Source: an uncultured Novosphingobium sp. (lineage in GTDB: Bacteria > Pseudomonadota > Alphaproteobacteria > Sphingomonadales > Sphingomonadaceae). Taken from it: a stretch of DNA of 63,153 bases. Location: NCBI GenBank assembly GCA_964582485.1, contig CAZOSI010000002.1, positions 1 to 63,153 on the forward strand, read 5' to 3'. The translations under genes and the position numbers were made by a program. Positions 9,941 through 18,962 of this stretch are shown one piece after another. A model generated the notes under the pieces. The model had not been told where the DNA came from. It ran no database searches and saw nothing but the letters and a program-made list of their open reading frames with translations. Position 1 is the first letter of the stretch. Each line of letters starts with the position of its first letter.

Positions 9941-10543
9941 ATGAGCAGCTTCGACCCTGAGACGCTGGAATTCTACGCCCGTGAAGCGCCGGACTATGCG
10001 GCAAGCGGCCCAGGCGGAGTTGGGCGGCACCTTGATCCCTTTCTGGAAAAGCTGCCTGCGGGCGCCTCGATTCTTGAGCTTGGCTGCGGATCGGGGCGCG
10101 ATGCGACGCACATGGAATCGCTCGGCTTTCGGGTCGAGCCGACCGATGGAGTGCCAGAAATGGCCGCCCAGGCCGAAGTGCGGCTGGGCCGGCCAGTGCG
10201 GGTGATGCGCTTTCACGAGCTCGATGCAGTGGACGCTTATGACGGAGTGGTCGCAGCCTACTCGCTGCTGCATGTTCCGCGTGCGGGGCTTGTCGGAGTA
10301 CTGGCGCAAGTCTGGCGGGCGCTCAAACCCGGCGGCTGGCATGTTGCCACTTACAAGACCGCCGGCAAGGAGGGTCGCGATCGGCTGGGGCGCTACTACA
10401 ATTACCCGAGCGCGGACGAACTGCGGACATGCTATGCTGCGGCCGGGGATTGGAGCGAGGTCGAAACCGAAACCGGCGACGGCCGCGGCTATGAAGGCGG
10501 CGAATCGCGCTTTGTGATCATCACGCTGCGCAAGGCTGGCTAG
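9941..10543 (+). CDS. Class I SAM-dependent methyltransferase
   Basis: [11 protein letters not shown] motif I; [12 protein letters not shown]; RALKPGG. Confidence 0.88.
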   Translation: MSSFDPETLEFYAREAPDYAASGPGGVGRHLDPFLEKLPAGASILELGCGSGRDATHMESLGFRVEPTDGVPEMAAQAEVRLGRPVRVMRFHELDAVDAYDGVVAAYSLLHVPRAGLVGVLAQVWRALKPGGWHVATYKTAGKEGRDRLGRYYNYPSADELRTCYAAAGDWSEVETETGDGRGYEGGESRFVIITLRKAG

Positions 10544-11520
10544 ATCAGCCCAGCCAATGGGCTCGACGGATCGGCATATTTGCGCGTCGCCATCCGTCCC
10601 GACAGGTAAGCATCGCGCCCAGCCTCGACCGCGAGCTTCATCGCCCGGGCCATCCGCAGCGGGTCCTTGGCCTCGGCGATCGCGGTGTTCATCAAGACCC
10701 CGTCACAGCCCAGTTCCATCGCCACGGCGGCGTCGCTGGCGGTGCCAACCCCGGCATCGACCAGCACCGGCACCGAAGCGCCCTCAACGATCAGGCGGAT
10801 CGTAACCCGGTTCTGGATCCCCAGCCCCGAGCCAATCGGCGCGCCCAGGGGCATCACCGCGACCGCGCCGGCGCTCTCGAGCTGCTTGGCCGCGATCGGA
10901 TCGTCGACGCAGTAGACCATCGGCAGGAAGCCCTCACCCGCTAGAACTTCGCAGGCCTTCAGCGTCTCACGCATGTCGGGATAAAGCGTGCGGGCTTCGC
11001 CCAGCACTTCCAGCTTGACCAGGTCCCAGCCGCCAGCCTCGCGCGCCAGCCGCAAGGTACGGATCGCGTCATCGGCGTTGAAGCACCCGGCAGTGTTGGG
11101 CAGGTAGGTGATCTTCTTCGGATCGATGAAGTCGGTCAGCATTGGCGCCTTGGGATCAGATACGTTGACCCGGCGCACCGCGACCGTAACGATTTCCGCG
11201 CCCGAGGCCGCAACTGCCGCGGCGTTCTGTTCGAAGTCCTTGTACTTGCCGGTCCCGACGATCAGCCGGGAACGGAAAGTCCGGCCTGCGACGGTCCAGG
11301 TATCTTCGCCTTGTCCGCCGCCAACGAAGTGGACAATCTCGAGCACGTCGCCCTCACCCAGCGCCACCTGGGCCAGCGTCGAACGCGGAACGATATCGCC
11401 ATTACGCTCAACCGCGACTTTGGCCGGATCGAGTTCAAGGCTGCGGACAAGATCAGCGATCGAGCCGGGCGCAGCGCGGCGCGATTCGCCATTGAGGGTG
11501 ATGGAAAGCTGGGCAGTCAT
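10540..11520 (-). CDS. thiG: ThiS-ThiG fusion (sulfur carrier fused to thiazole synthase)
   Basis: ThiS domain (ITLNGE...VAVERNG...[12 protein letters not shown]) in frame with ThiG ([39 protein letters not shown]). Confidence 0.93.
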   Translation of the reverse strand: MTAQLSITLNGESRRAAPGSIADLVRSLELDPAKVAVERNGDIVPRSTLAQVALGEGDVLEIVHFVGGGQGEDTWTVAGRTFRSRLIVGTGKYKDFEQNAAAVAASGAEIVTVAVRRVNVSDPKAPMLTDFIDPKKITYLPNTAGCFNADDAIRTLRLAREAGGWDLVKLEVLGEARTLYPDMRETLKACEVLAGEGFLPMVYCVDDPIAAKQLESAGAVAVMPLGAPIGSGLGIQNRVTIRLIVEGASVPVLVDAGVGTASDAAVAMELGCDGVLMNTAIAEAKDPLRMARAMKLAVEAGRDAYLSGRMATRKYADPSSPLAGLI

Positions 11521-11538
11521 GCCCCAGCCCAATAGCGA

Positions 11539-11910
11539 TCAGTTGGAAAGCCGCAAGTTGCGAAGGTGCGCCCAGGCCAGCAGCGCCACCCCGGCAATAG
11601 TCAGCACGGCCTCGGCGGAATTGTGCCCCATCACCAGCGCGACGATCATCAGGCCAAGTCCGGCAGCGCCGACCTGGAGTGGCCGCGGGTCGCCGTGGCG
11701 GACCACACCCATCACCAAGGTGATTGCACCGACGACGATTGCCAGGGCCAGCCCAATCCGGTGAATCGAGGGAGCGAAGATGAATTCGCCGCCCAGACCC
11801 AGCCCGGCAACGAGCAGCAGGCCGGCAATGCAATGCAAGGCACATAGGCCTGACAGGATCACTCCTGCCCGGTCCAGCCGGTTGCGAATCAGGACGAGTG
11901 TTTCACGCAT
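11539..11910 (-). CDS. MerC-domain membrane protein (putative metal uptake)
   Basis: LDRAGVILSGLCALHC motif, four hydrophobic segments, conserved His residues, AHLRN C-terminus. Confidence 0.8.
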   Translation of the reverse strand: MRETLVLIRNRLDRAGVILSGLCALHCIAGLLLVAGLGLGGEFIFAPSIHRIGLALAIVVGAITLVMGVVRHGDPRPLQVGAAGLGLMIVALVMGHNSAEAVLTIAGVALLAWAHLRNLRLSN

Positions 11911-11924
11911 TGCGTGGCCCATGT

Positions 11925-11941
11925 ATGTTACGGTGTAACAT
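11925..11941. promoter_or_regulatory. Zur-like box
   Basis: Perfect inverted repeat ATGTTAC-GGT-GTAACAT (ATGTTA-N5-TAACAT), 15 bp upstream of the MerC-domain gene. Confidence 0.65.
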
Positions 11942-12025
11942 CCTTCAAGCCCAAAGGGGAAGATTGCCCGGTTGTTTGTCGGATCAGGCTTGCGCTTTGC
12001 CGCTTGTCCCAGCAAATGCGCCGCC

Positions 12026-13069
12026 ATGCAGACCGCATCGACCGCCCGTCCGCTCGCCCTGGCCCGCTGGCTCCTGTTCGTTGCCGGTTTGGTTGTGGTG
12101 ATGGTGGTGGTCGGGGGAATAACGCGGCTGACCGAATCCGGGCTTTCGATTACCGAGTGGAAGCCGATTACCGGCGCCCTGCCCCCGCTGAGCGAAGCCC
12201 AATGGCAGGCGGAATTCGAAGCCTACCAACGAATCCCCCAGTATACCGAGGTCAATGGCCCGGCGGGGATGACGCTGGCCGGGTTCAAGGAAATCTATTT
12301 CTGGGAATGGTTTCATCGGCTGCTTGGACGGTTGATCGGACTGGCCTTTGCAGTGCCGTTGGCCTGGTTCTGGCTGCGCCGTGCGATCCCGCAAGGCTAC
12401 GGCTGGCGCCTGCTGGGTCTGCTTGCGCTTGGCGGGCTGCAGGGGGCCGTCGGCTGGTGGATGGTCAAGTCGGGGCTGACGCAGGACGTCAAAGTCAGTC
12501 ACCTGCGTCTGGCAACGCACCTTTCGTTGGCACTGGCCACCCTCGGACTGCTGGTCTGGACCGCGCTTGACCTCAGGGCTCTGGCTCGGGGAGAGGCGGC
12601 CGCCCGGCTGACCGGAATCGGCATTGTGGTGCTTGCGGGCCTCGCGATGCAGCTGTTCTATGGGGCCTTGGTTGCAGGTCTTCGTGCCGGCTATGTCGCG
12701 GGCAGCGGATGGTTTTCCTGGGATTCTTGGCCGCTGATGCAGGGCCGCCTGATCCCCGCTGGAATCGCTCGGGATGGCGGCATGTTGCATGCAGCACTCA
12801 ATGATCCTTACCTGATCCACTTCATCCACCGCTGGTGGGCTTGGGTGGTGGTGGGTCTGCTGATCTGGCTGGCCCGCCTGGTGCGGGGGCTTGATCGCCG
12901 CGCGTCGATTGCGATTCACGCCGCCTTTGGAACCCAGATTCTCTTGGGAATCGCCACGGTGTGGAGCGGAATGGCAATCTGGCTTGCGGCCTTGCATCAA
13001 TTGGTTGGGGCGCTGGTATTGGCGACAACGATTTGGGGAACGCACCGGTTGGGCCGGGTAAGTCCATGA
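12026..13069 (+). CDS. ctaA: Heme A synthase (COX15/CtaA)
   Basis: GGITRLTESGLSITEW, EWFHRLLGR, VSHLRLATHL, HFIHR and LHQ motifs. Confidence 0.94.
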   Translation: MQTASTARPLALARWLLFVAGLVVVMVVVGGITRLTESGLSITEWKPITGALPPLSEAQWQAEFEAYQRIPQYTEVNGPAGMTLAGFKEIYFWEWFHRLLGRLIGLAFAVPLAWFWLRRAIPQGYGWRLLGLLALGGLQGAVGWWMVKSGLTQDVKVSHLRLATHLSLALATLGLLVWTALDLRALARGEAAARLTGIGIVVLAGLAMQLFYGALVAGLRAGYVAGSGWFSWDSWPLMQGRLIPAGIARDGGMLHAALNDPYLIHFIHRWWAWVVVGLLIWLARLVRGLDRRASIAIHAAFGTQILLGIATVWSGMAIWLAALHQLVGALVLATTIWGTHRLGRVSP

Positions 13070-13320
13070 TAAATAGTGAGTACCTTGAGGTGAAAATGAT
13101 CGCCATTAAGGGTGCTGACTGTTCCAATTTGGACATGATATCCGTAGAAATGCTTGACGAAAGGCCACTTGCCTGCGCCAATAAGAGCGGTGCCATTGAG
13201 GAGAAGGGCGTGTTTCTCGAGATCGACGCCGCGATGTGCAATCGCGCCGTGCTGCAGCTTGGTCAAACGCACCTTGGCTCCGCCAAGCGGAGCTCGATTG
13301 CGCTAGGGGAATGCCAATGA
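13066..13320 (+). CDS. Small orphan hypothetical protein (84 aa)
   Basis: ATGA overlaps with both the ctaA stop and the next gene's start; AT-rich 5' half; no family recognised. Confidence 0.4.
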   Translation: MINSEYLEVKMIAIKGADCSNLDMISVEMLDERPLACANKSGAIEEKGVFLEIDAAMCNRAVLQLGQTHLGSAKRSSIALGECQ

Positions 13321-14036
13321 CGCGGAGGGCGCTCTTCCTGGCTGGTGCCGCGGCATTGGTTCCTGCGCTAGCCGCAGTACAGGCTGGCTCGGCGCTTGCG
13401 GAGACGGTCGCGAGTCAATTCGCTCCCCCAAGCACAGCCTTGACCCTCACCCGGATCCTCTACCGGCCTCTTTCGGGCGGCAAGCAGATTGTGGTGACCA
13501 GGCGTTATGCGATACGCTTCTCGCCCGAGGGGGAGGGGTATCGTCTTGATGGCGAATTGATTGGCGCAGAAGTCGATGCGCCGCCGCTGCTGGCCCGGCT
13601 TGCCGAGATTGAACGCAATCGGCCTGATAGCGGGCTATTTCCTGCCCGGCTTGATTCGCAGGGAATCATCCGCTCGATGGGCGGCTCAATTGATCGGGAT
13701 GCCCGGTTAAAGTCGGTAAAAGTCGGCGAGTTGATGATTGGAAGCGCCGCAATCTCGGCGGCCGGAAAACAAGAAGGTACTGCCCTGCTGAACCAAGTGG
13801 CCTCTTCGGCAGGCACCTCAACCTGGCCCAGGACGCTGTTCAATCCTGGTCAGGGCGAACGGGTCGAGATCCGCAAGGTTCCGTTGGCGGATGGGAGCCA
13901 GGGCGAAGTTGAAGTACGTATTCATGCCGAAGGCCTGATGCCAGGCGGCCTCGCCCGTCAGGTCGAGCGTGTCATCACGACCAGGCTGGAAGGCACGACC
14001 AGAGTGTCGCGTGAGGTTTGGACATTGTCCAGCTAG
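13311..14036 (+). CDS. Hypothetical exported protein (Tat-like signal)
   Basis: MPMTRRALFLAGAAALVPALA twin-arginine-like leader; start is 13311 or 13317. Confidence 0.7.
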   Translation: MPMTRRALFLAGAAALVPALAAVQAGSALAETVASQFAPPSTALTLTRILYRPLSGGKQIVVTRRYAIRFSPEGEGYRLDGELIGAEVDAPPLLARLAEIERNRPDSGLFPARLDSQGIIRSMGGSIDRDARLKSVKVGELMIGSAAISAAGKQEGTALLNQVASSAGTSTWPRTLFNPGQGERVEIRKVPLADGSQGEVEVRIHAEGLMPGGLARQVERVITTRLEGTTRVSREVWTLSS

Positions 14037-14116
14037 CTTACCGGTATTATTTTACCTCTCCGCGAGGCCGCGGAAAACTTGACTTTGCAGAACGATTGGA
14101 CGATTGGGCCGCCTTC

Positions 14117-14144
14117 CCGTGGGTCCAGGCAACTGGATTCGCGG
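14117..14144 (+). promoter_or_regulatory. GCAA-tetraloop hairpin in the rplM 5' leader
   Basis: CCGTGGGTCCAG-GCAA-CTGGATTCGCGG, between a TTGACT -35 element (14079-14084) and the rplM ATG. Confidence 0.5.
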
Positions 14145-14168
14145 CAACAGCCAAGGGATTATCCAGCC

Positions 14169-14648
14169 ATGAAGGCGCTCAGCAAGGTCACCCGGTCGAT
14201 CAAACCGGCCGAGGTGGAAAAAAAGTGGCATCTGATCGATGCCGAAGGTTTGGTGGTCGGCCGCCTCGCCGTAGTCATCGCCAACCATCTGCGCGGCAAG
14301 CACAAGCCGAGCTTCACCCCGCACGTAGATTGCGGCGACCACGTCGTTGTAATCAACGCCGACAAGGTGAAGTTCACCGGCAACAAGCTCAAGCAGCAGA
14401 CCTATTACAAGCACACCGGCTATGCCGGCGGCATCAAGGAAGTGACCGCCGACAAGGTCCTGGCCGGTCGCTTCCCCGAGCGCGTGCTTGAAAAGGCCGT
14501 GGAACGCATGATTCCGCGTGGTCCGCTGGGCCGCGCGCAGATGCGGGCCCTGCACCTCTACGCCGGCACCGAGCATCCGCACGGTGGTACCCAGCCGCAG
14601 CCGCTCGATGTTGCTGCCATGAACCGCAAGAACAAGGTGGGCGCGTAA
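14169..14648 (+). CDS. rplM: 50S ribosomal protein L13
   Basis: [38 protein letters not shown]. Confidence 0.98.
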   Translation: MKALSKVTRSIKPAEVEKKWHLIDAEGLVVGRLAVVIANHLRGKHKPSFTPHVDCGDHVVVINADKVKFTGNKLKQQTYYKHTGYAGGIKEVTADKVLAGRFPERVLEKAVERMIPRGPLGRAQMRALHLYAGTEHPHGGTQPQPLDVAAMNRKNKVGA

Positions 14649-15157
14649 TGTCTGAAGAAACCGTCACCGATCTCGCCGATCTCGGCACCGCCATGGAAAT
14701 CTCTGGTGCCGAAACCCCGGCGGCCCCCGCCGCGCCGACCATGCCGCTGCGCGAAAAGATAGTCGATGCCCAGGGCCGCGCCTATGCCACCGGACGCCGC
14801 AAGGACGCGGTCGCCCGCGTGTGGATCAAACCCGGCACCGGCAAGGTTACCGTCAATGGCCGGGACCAGGAAGTTTACTTCGCCCGTCCGACCTTGCGCC
14901 TGGTGATCGACCAGCCGTTCCAGGTTGCTGACCGGGCCGGGCAGTACGACGTTGTTGCCACCGTCAAGGGCGGCGGGCTTTCGGGCCAGGCAGGTGCGGT
15001 CAAGCACGGCATCGCCACGGCGCTGACCAAGTTTGAACCTGCCCTGCGCAGCGCGGTCAAGGCCGCCGGCTTCCTGACCCGCGACAGCCGTGTGGTTGAG
15101 CGTAAGAAGTACGGCCGCGCCAAGGCCCGCAAGAGCTTCCAGTTCTCGAAGCGCTAA
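14648..15157 (+). CDS. rpsI: 30S ribosomal protein S9
   Basis: [41 protein letters not shown]. Confidence 0.98.
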   Translation: MSEETVTDLADLGTAMEISGAETPAAPAAPTMPLREKIVDAQGRAYATGRRKDAVARVWIKPGTGKVTVNGRDQEVYFARPTLRLVIDQPFQVADRAGQYDVVATVKGGGLSGQAGAVKHGIATALTKFEPALRSAVKAAGFLTRDSRVVERKKYGRAKARKSFQFSKR

Positions 15158-15185
15158 GGCTTGCGGCTCAGGCCGAAAAAATTGG

Positions 15186-15221
15186 AAGGGGTCGACTGCA
15201 AGGTCGGCCCCTTACTTTTTT
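15186..15221 (+). terminator. rplM-rpsI terminator
   Basis: AAGGGGTCGAC-TGCAAG-GTCGGCCCCTT-ACTTTTTT. Confidence 0.8.
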
Positions 15222-15240
15222 GCTTTGAGATGTTGCCCGG

Positions 15241-16029
15241 CTAACCCGGCAACGGTCCGGTCGGCACCGAATCGACCTGGATCGCAGCTGTCGGCTGGTG
15301 CACCCGATTGCGGACGGTTACCGAAATTCCGCGATCCCCGATCACGATCCGGTTGTAACTGGCGGGCGATGTGCGCAACCGGGTCGAAAGCGTTCCCGCG
15401 CCAATCAGCCGCAACGGCCCCTGCGCAGTCTCGCGCACCAGGTCGAAGGGATCGTGGACATGACCGCTCAGCACCCCGGCTACCTGACGCCCGGCCAAAG
15501 CGGCCATTGCCGTTTCACCGTTGATCGTCAGGCGCCGACCGTTCGGCGCTCGCTCCAGCAACGGGTGGTGCGCGGTAACCAGGACCCGCGTGCCAGCGGG
15601 CAAGGCATCGATCGCAGCAAGGGTCTGGGCCAGGGCTTTGGGTCTGACCCAGCCTTCAACCCACGGCCAGCGCGGCTGAGCACGGGTCGTGGTCTTGAGC
15701 GGGACCACGGCGAAGCCGGGGAAATCGAGCTCGCGTTCGATCAGCCGTTCGATTGCCCGATAGCGACGATAGGGCTGGGTGAACCGCTCAATCAGGTTGA
15801 AGTAGGGTAGGTCGTGATTGCCGACCTCGACCGTGACCGGTACCCCCAAGGCCGTAATCCAGTCACCGGCTGCCGCAAATTCGCGGCTGCGCGCGCGCAT
15901 CGTCAGATCGCCGGTGATCAGGACTGCATCGGGCCGTTCGTCTGCGATCGTCCCGCGCACCCAATCGAGCGCGACCGGATCCTCGCGTCCGAAATGAAGA
16001 TCGCTGATGTGAAACAGGGTCAGAGCCAA
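15241..16029 (-). CDS. Calcineurin-like metallophosphoesterase
   Basis: SDLH, TGDL, GNHD, HHP and GHVH motifs. Confidence 0.88.
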   Translation of the reverse strand: MALTLFHISDLHFGREDPVALDWVRGTIADERPDAVLITGDLTMRARSREFAAAGDWITALGVPVTVEVGNHDLPYFNLIERFTQPYRRYRAIERLIERELDFPGFAVVPLKTTTRAQPRWPWVEGWVRPKALAQTLAAIDALPAGTRVLVTAHHPLLERAPNGRRLTINGETAMAALAGRQVAGVLSGHVHDPFDLVRETAQGPLRLIGAGTLSTRLRTSPASYNRIVIGDRGISVTVRNRVHQPTAAIQVDSVPTGPLPG

Positions 16030-16033
16030 GGCT

Positions 16034-16300
16034 TCAGATCCGCCGCGTCACGATCAACCAGGCCGCTGCAAGGTTGACCGCCGAATAAAGCGCATAGAAC
16101 CCGGCCCAAATCAGTGCTCCTTGAGAGATCATCAGCATGGCGCCCAGCAGCATTGCGAACTCCAGCCCAAGGCTGAAACGCCCGCCCATCATGTGAAAGA
16201 ACCAAGGCGCCCGGGCCAGCAGTGGGTGATCGCTATCGAGCACCGCGCGATGCGCGGCGAAGTTGCCGATGCCCAGCAGGAAAGCAAGGAACAGACCCAT
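16034..16300 (-). CDS. Small membrane protein
   Basis: MGLFLAFLLGIGNFAAHRAVL..., about three hydrophobic segments; ends 4 bp before the phosphoesterase start. Confidence 0.7.
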   Translation of the reverse strand: MGLFLAFLLGIGNFAAHRAVLDSDHPLLARAPWFFHMMGGRFSLGLEFAMLLGAMLMISQGALIWAGFYALYSAVNLAAAWLIVTRRI

Positions 16301-16352
16301 CGTCTTTCCATAGCCGAGTCGCCGCGCAAGACCAGAGCATGAATCGGTCACT

Positions 16353-16374
16353 GTGTATTATCCGAACAATACAC
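16353..16374. promoter_or_regulatory. Palindromic operator GTGTATT-N8-AATACAC
   Basis: Perfect 7-bp arms; the same core recurs at 20598-20619. Confidence 0.6.
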
Positions 16375-16393
16375 TGGGCAGGCGCGGTTGACG

Positions 16394-16420
16394 GTTCGTC
16401 GAGTGATCGGCCCGTTCGTC
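16394..16420 (+). promoter_or_regulatory. Direct repeat GTTCGTC, 20-bp period (LytTR-like site)
   Basis: GTTCGTC at 16394 and 16414, upstream of the UrcA-family gene and near a LytTR regulator gene. Confidence 0.4.
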
Positions 16421-16547
16421 CGCTGCAGCGGGCCGCAAATCGAACCGCGCTGGTCCCGGCGGCACGCCGACCTATCCCTGATCCCGGCGCCACCCCCAGT
16501 CCCCCCAAACCCGGCGCCGCAAACAAAATCAAACAAGGAGAAATACC

Positions 16548-16811
16548 ATGACCCGGTTTCTCGCATCCACCATCGCCCTTGCCCTGCTTGGCGCAGGCGC
16601 GGCCCAGGCCGATACTGCGACGGTTCGTTATGCCGATCTCAACCTGCGCAGCCCGGCTGGCCAGGCCGAGCTCGATCGCCGGATCGAAGGTGCTGTCCGG
16701 CGGGCCTGCGATGCAGCTCCTACGTCGTACAGGCGCCTGGCCAGCCGCAACGAACGTGATCGCTGCAAGGCTGAAGTTCGCGCTCAGGTAGCCGCTGCAC
16801 TCCCGGCTTGA
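16548..16811 (+). CDS. UrcA family secreted protein
   Basis: Signal peptide, VRYADLNLRSPAG..ELDRRI..AVRRAC and a second Cys; AAGGAG RBS. Confidence 0.85.
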   Translation: MTRFLASTIALALLGAGAAQADTATVRYADLNLRSPAGQAELDRRIEGAVRRACDAAPTSYRRLASRNERDRCKAEVRAQVAAALPA

Positions 16812-16823
16812 GGCAGCGCGAAA

Positions 16824-16860
16824 GGGCCCGGGGGCAAACCAGTCCCCCGCTCCCGGGCCC
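16824..16860. terminator. Hairpin between the convergent UrcA and LytTR genes
   Basis: GGGCCCGGGGGC...GCTCCCGGGCCC. Confidence 0.55.
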
Positions 16861-16939
16861 GTATTCGGTTGCCAGTGCCTGTTCGACTACCGGGAGAGCT
16901 GCCGACCTTGCGCTTGTTTCAGAGTAACCGAAACACAAT

Positions 16940-17695
16940 TCAACGCCCGGCCATTGCCTTGGCCTTGGCCAGATAGGTCCGGCCGATCCGCACCAGCGTT
17001 CCGTTCTCCAACTCCGCCGACCACACCCCTAGCCCATCGTGCCGCAGCCCTCTGATCCGATCCCGGCGCAGGATGGTGGAGCGATGCAGACGGATGAAGC
17101 GGTCAGGATCGAGCCGCGCTTCCAGCCCAGATACCGTCTGCAGCAAGAGATAAGAGCGGGTGACACCATCCTTTTGCCCGACATGCAGCCGGACATAGTC
17201 ACGCTCGGCATCGATCCGGTCGACATCCTCGGCCGATATGCGCAGCAGTTCAGAACGGTAAGGCACCCAGAATTCGCTCAGCCAGTCACCTGCGGCGCCT
17301 GCACGCTGGCCGCGCCGGGCAATCGCCCGCGCCACGGCCCGTTCAAGCCGATCGGGTGTGACCGGCTTGAGAACGTAGTCAACCGCTTCGAGATCGAAAG
17401 CCTCAACCGCGAAATTGTCATGCGCGGTGACAAAGATCACCGCTGGTGCATCGTCCTGCCGGGTAAGTGCCCGGGCCACGGCCAGTCCGTCCAGCTCGGG
17501 CATGGTCATGTCGAGCAGCACCAGATCGGGCGCCAGCGCACCAATCTGGCGCAGCGCTGCGGCGCCGTCCTGAGCGGTGCCGGCCACCTCGATTGCCGGG
17601 ATATCCCGGCAGATCAGAGCCATGCGTTCCAGCGCGAGCGGCTCGTCATCGACGATTAGTGTCCGCAGCGGCTTGGCGGCCAGATTATCCGGCAT
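16940..17695 (-). CDS. LytTR-family response regulator
   Basis: IVDDEPLA, LLDMTMPELDG, FVTAH, DYVLKP; LytTR domain AERDYVRLH..FIRLHRS. Confidence 0.92.
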   Translation of the reverse strand: MPDNLAAKPLRTLIVDDEPLALERMALICRDIPAIEVAGTAQDGAAALRQIGALAPDLVLLDMTMPELDGLAVARALTRQDDAPAVIFVTAHDNFAVEAFDLEAVDYVLKPVTPDRLERAVARAIARRGQRAGAAGDWLSEFWVPYRSELLRISAEDVDRIDAERDYVRLHVGQKDGVTRSYLLLQTVSGLEARLDPDRFIRLHRSTILRRDRIRGLRHDGLGVWSAELENGTLVRIGRTYLAKAKAMAGR

Positions 17696-18911
17696 GGCGT
17701 TCCAGCGGCAAGCGCAACACCGCGCGCCAGCCCCCATCGGCGTCAGGCCCTGCAGCCAGGCTTGCATCCTGGCCATAGCGCGCCTCGAGCCGGTCGCGGA
17801 CATTGGCGAGGCCAATCCCGAACCCGGGCCTGCCGCTGTGTGGAGCCCCCGGCCCATTGTCGCGCACTTCGATCACCAGTCGGCCGTATTCCTCGCGCGC
17901 AGCAATAGTCACAGTCACCGCATTGCGAGTCGGGGTGACCGCATATTTGACCGCATTCTCAACCAGTGGCTGAAGGATCATGCCGGGTACGCGGGCATCC
18001 TCAAGCGCCTCGGGCAAATCGAGATCGGTAACCAGGCGATCGGGAAAGCGTGCGGCTTCGATCTCGAGATAGGCGCGCTGCAGCGCTACTTCCTGATCGA
18101 GCGCAACATCGCCTGTGGGATCTTCCGCCAGGCTGCGGCGGTAGAAGCTCGACAGTGACTGGATCATGGTTTCCGCCGCCTGGCCCTTGCCGGTCATGAC
18201 CAGCGCCGATAGCGAATTGAGCGTATTGAACAGGAAGTGCGGGTTTACCTGATAGCGCAGCGAACGCAGCTCCGCCGTCTTGGCCGCACGCCTGTATTCG
18301 CCTTCGCGCCGCTCGGCCGCGCGGGCCTGCTGCGCGGTGACCATAGCGAAATACAATGCAGCCCAGGCAAGCAGCAGGAAATAGCGCCCGATCGCGATGT
18401 CGGTCAGTTGCCGCCACAGGGCCTGTTCGGCGAATTTCTTTTGCAGTGCAGCCAGCTGGTCAGCGGTCAGATTGGGCGGATCGGGTACGTCCACCAGCAC
18501 GTTGCCAGCCGTATCGTGGCGGATCTGGACTTCGGTCGGGTTACGCTGCTGGCCAAGCATCTTTTGATCGAGCCCGGAGAAAACCTGGCGGTTGATCATC
18601 GCCAGCCCCAAGGCGGCAGGCAACATCACCACCAGCGCGATTCCCATCCGCACCCCGATCCGGGCATTGTCGAACAGCCGCAGGATCAGCCAGGTGAGCG
18701 TGGTGACGGTCATCCCGGCCAGAGTAACGACTGCGCGCAGCCCCAGCATCTCGACAAAGTAGGTCCGGTCGAGCAGCAGGCTGCGCAGGGTGATCAGCGC
18801 CAGATAGCACAGCCAGATCCCGGCGATCGAGATCAGCACCGAACGAGTCGGCACGCGGTCGGGTCGGGCGTCGAAATGCTCCATCAGGTTGTCAGCGATA
18901 GCCACCCGCAC
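17685..18911 (-). CDS. LytS-type sensor histidine kinase
   Basis: TM segments, LRYQVNPHFLFNTLNS, LQPLVENAVKY, DNGPG, GIGLANV. Start is 18911 (GTG) or 18884. Confidence 0.92.
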   Translation of the reverse strand: MRVAIADNLMEHFDARPDRVPTRSVLISIAGIWLCYLALITLRSLLLDRTYFVEMLGLRAVVTLAGMTVTTLTWLILRLFDNARIGVRMGIALVVMLPAALGLAMINRQVFSGLDQKMLGQQRNPTEVQIRHDTAGNVLVDVPDPPNLTADQLAALQKKFAEQALWRQLTDIAIGRYFLLLAWAALYFAMVTAQQARAAERREGEYRRAAKTAELRSLRYQVNPHFLFNTLNSLSALVMTGKGQAAETMIQSLSSFYRRSLAEDPTGDVALDQEVALQRAYLEIEAARFPDRLVTDLDLPEALEDARVPGMILQPLVENAVKYAVTPTRNAVTVTIAAREEYGRLVIEVRDNGPGAPHSGRPGFGIGLANVRDRLEARYGQDASLAAGPDADGGWRAVLRLPLERHAG

Positions 18912-18929
18912 GGGTCATTGGCCAGCGGT

Positions 18930-18958
18930 TTGGTCGAACCGCAACTGCCCTTGGTCGA
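18930..18958. promoter_or_regulatory. Direct repeat TTGGTCGA, 21-bp period (LytTR-like site)
   Basis: TTGGTCGA at 18930-18937 and 18951-18958, immediately upstream of the kinase gene. Confidence 0.55.
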
Positions 18959-18962
18959 TGGA

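Noticed and set aside
11539-11910. Mercury resistance locus
   Set aside because: No merR, merA, merT or merP; the upstream site is Zur-like.
16482-16860. C-rich CCAGTCCCCC elements on either side of the UrcA gene as a repeat or sRNA family
   Set aside because: Only two short copies in GC-rich DNA; not enough support.
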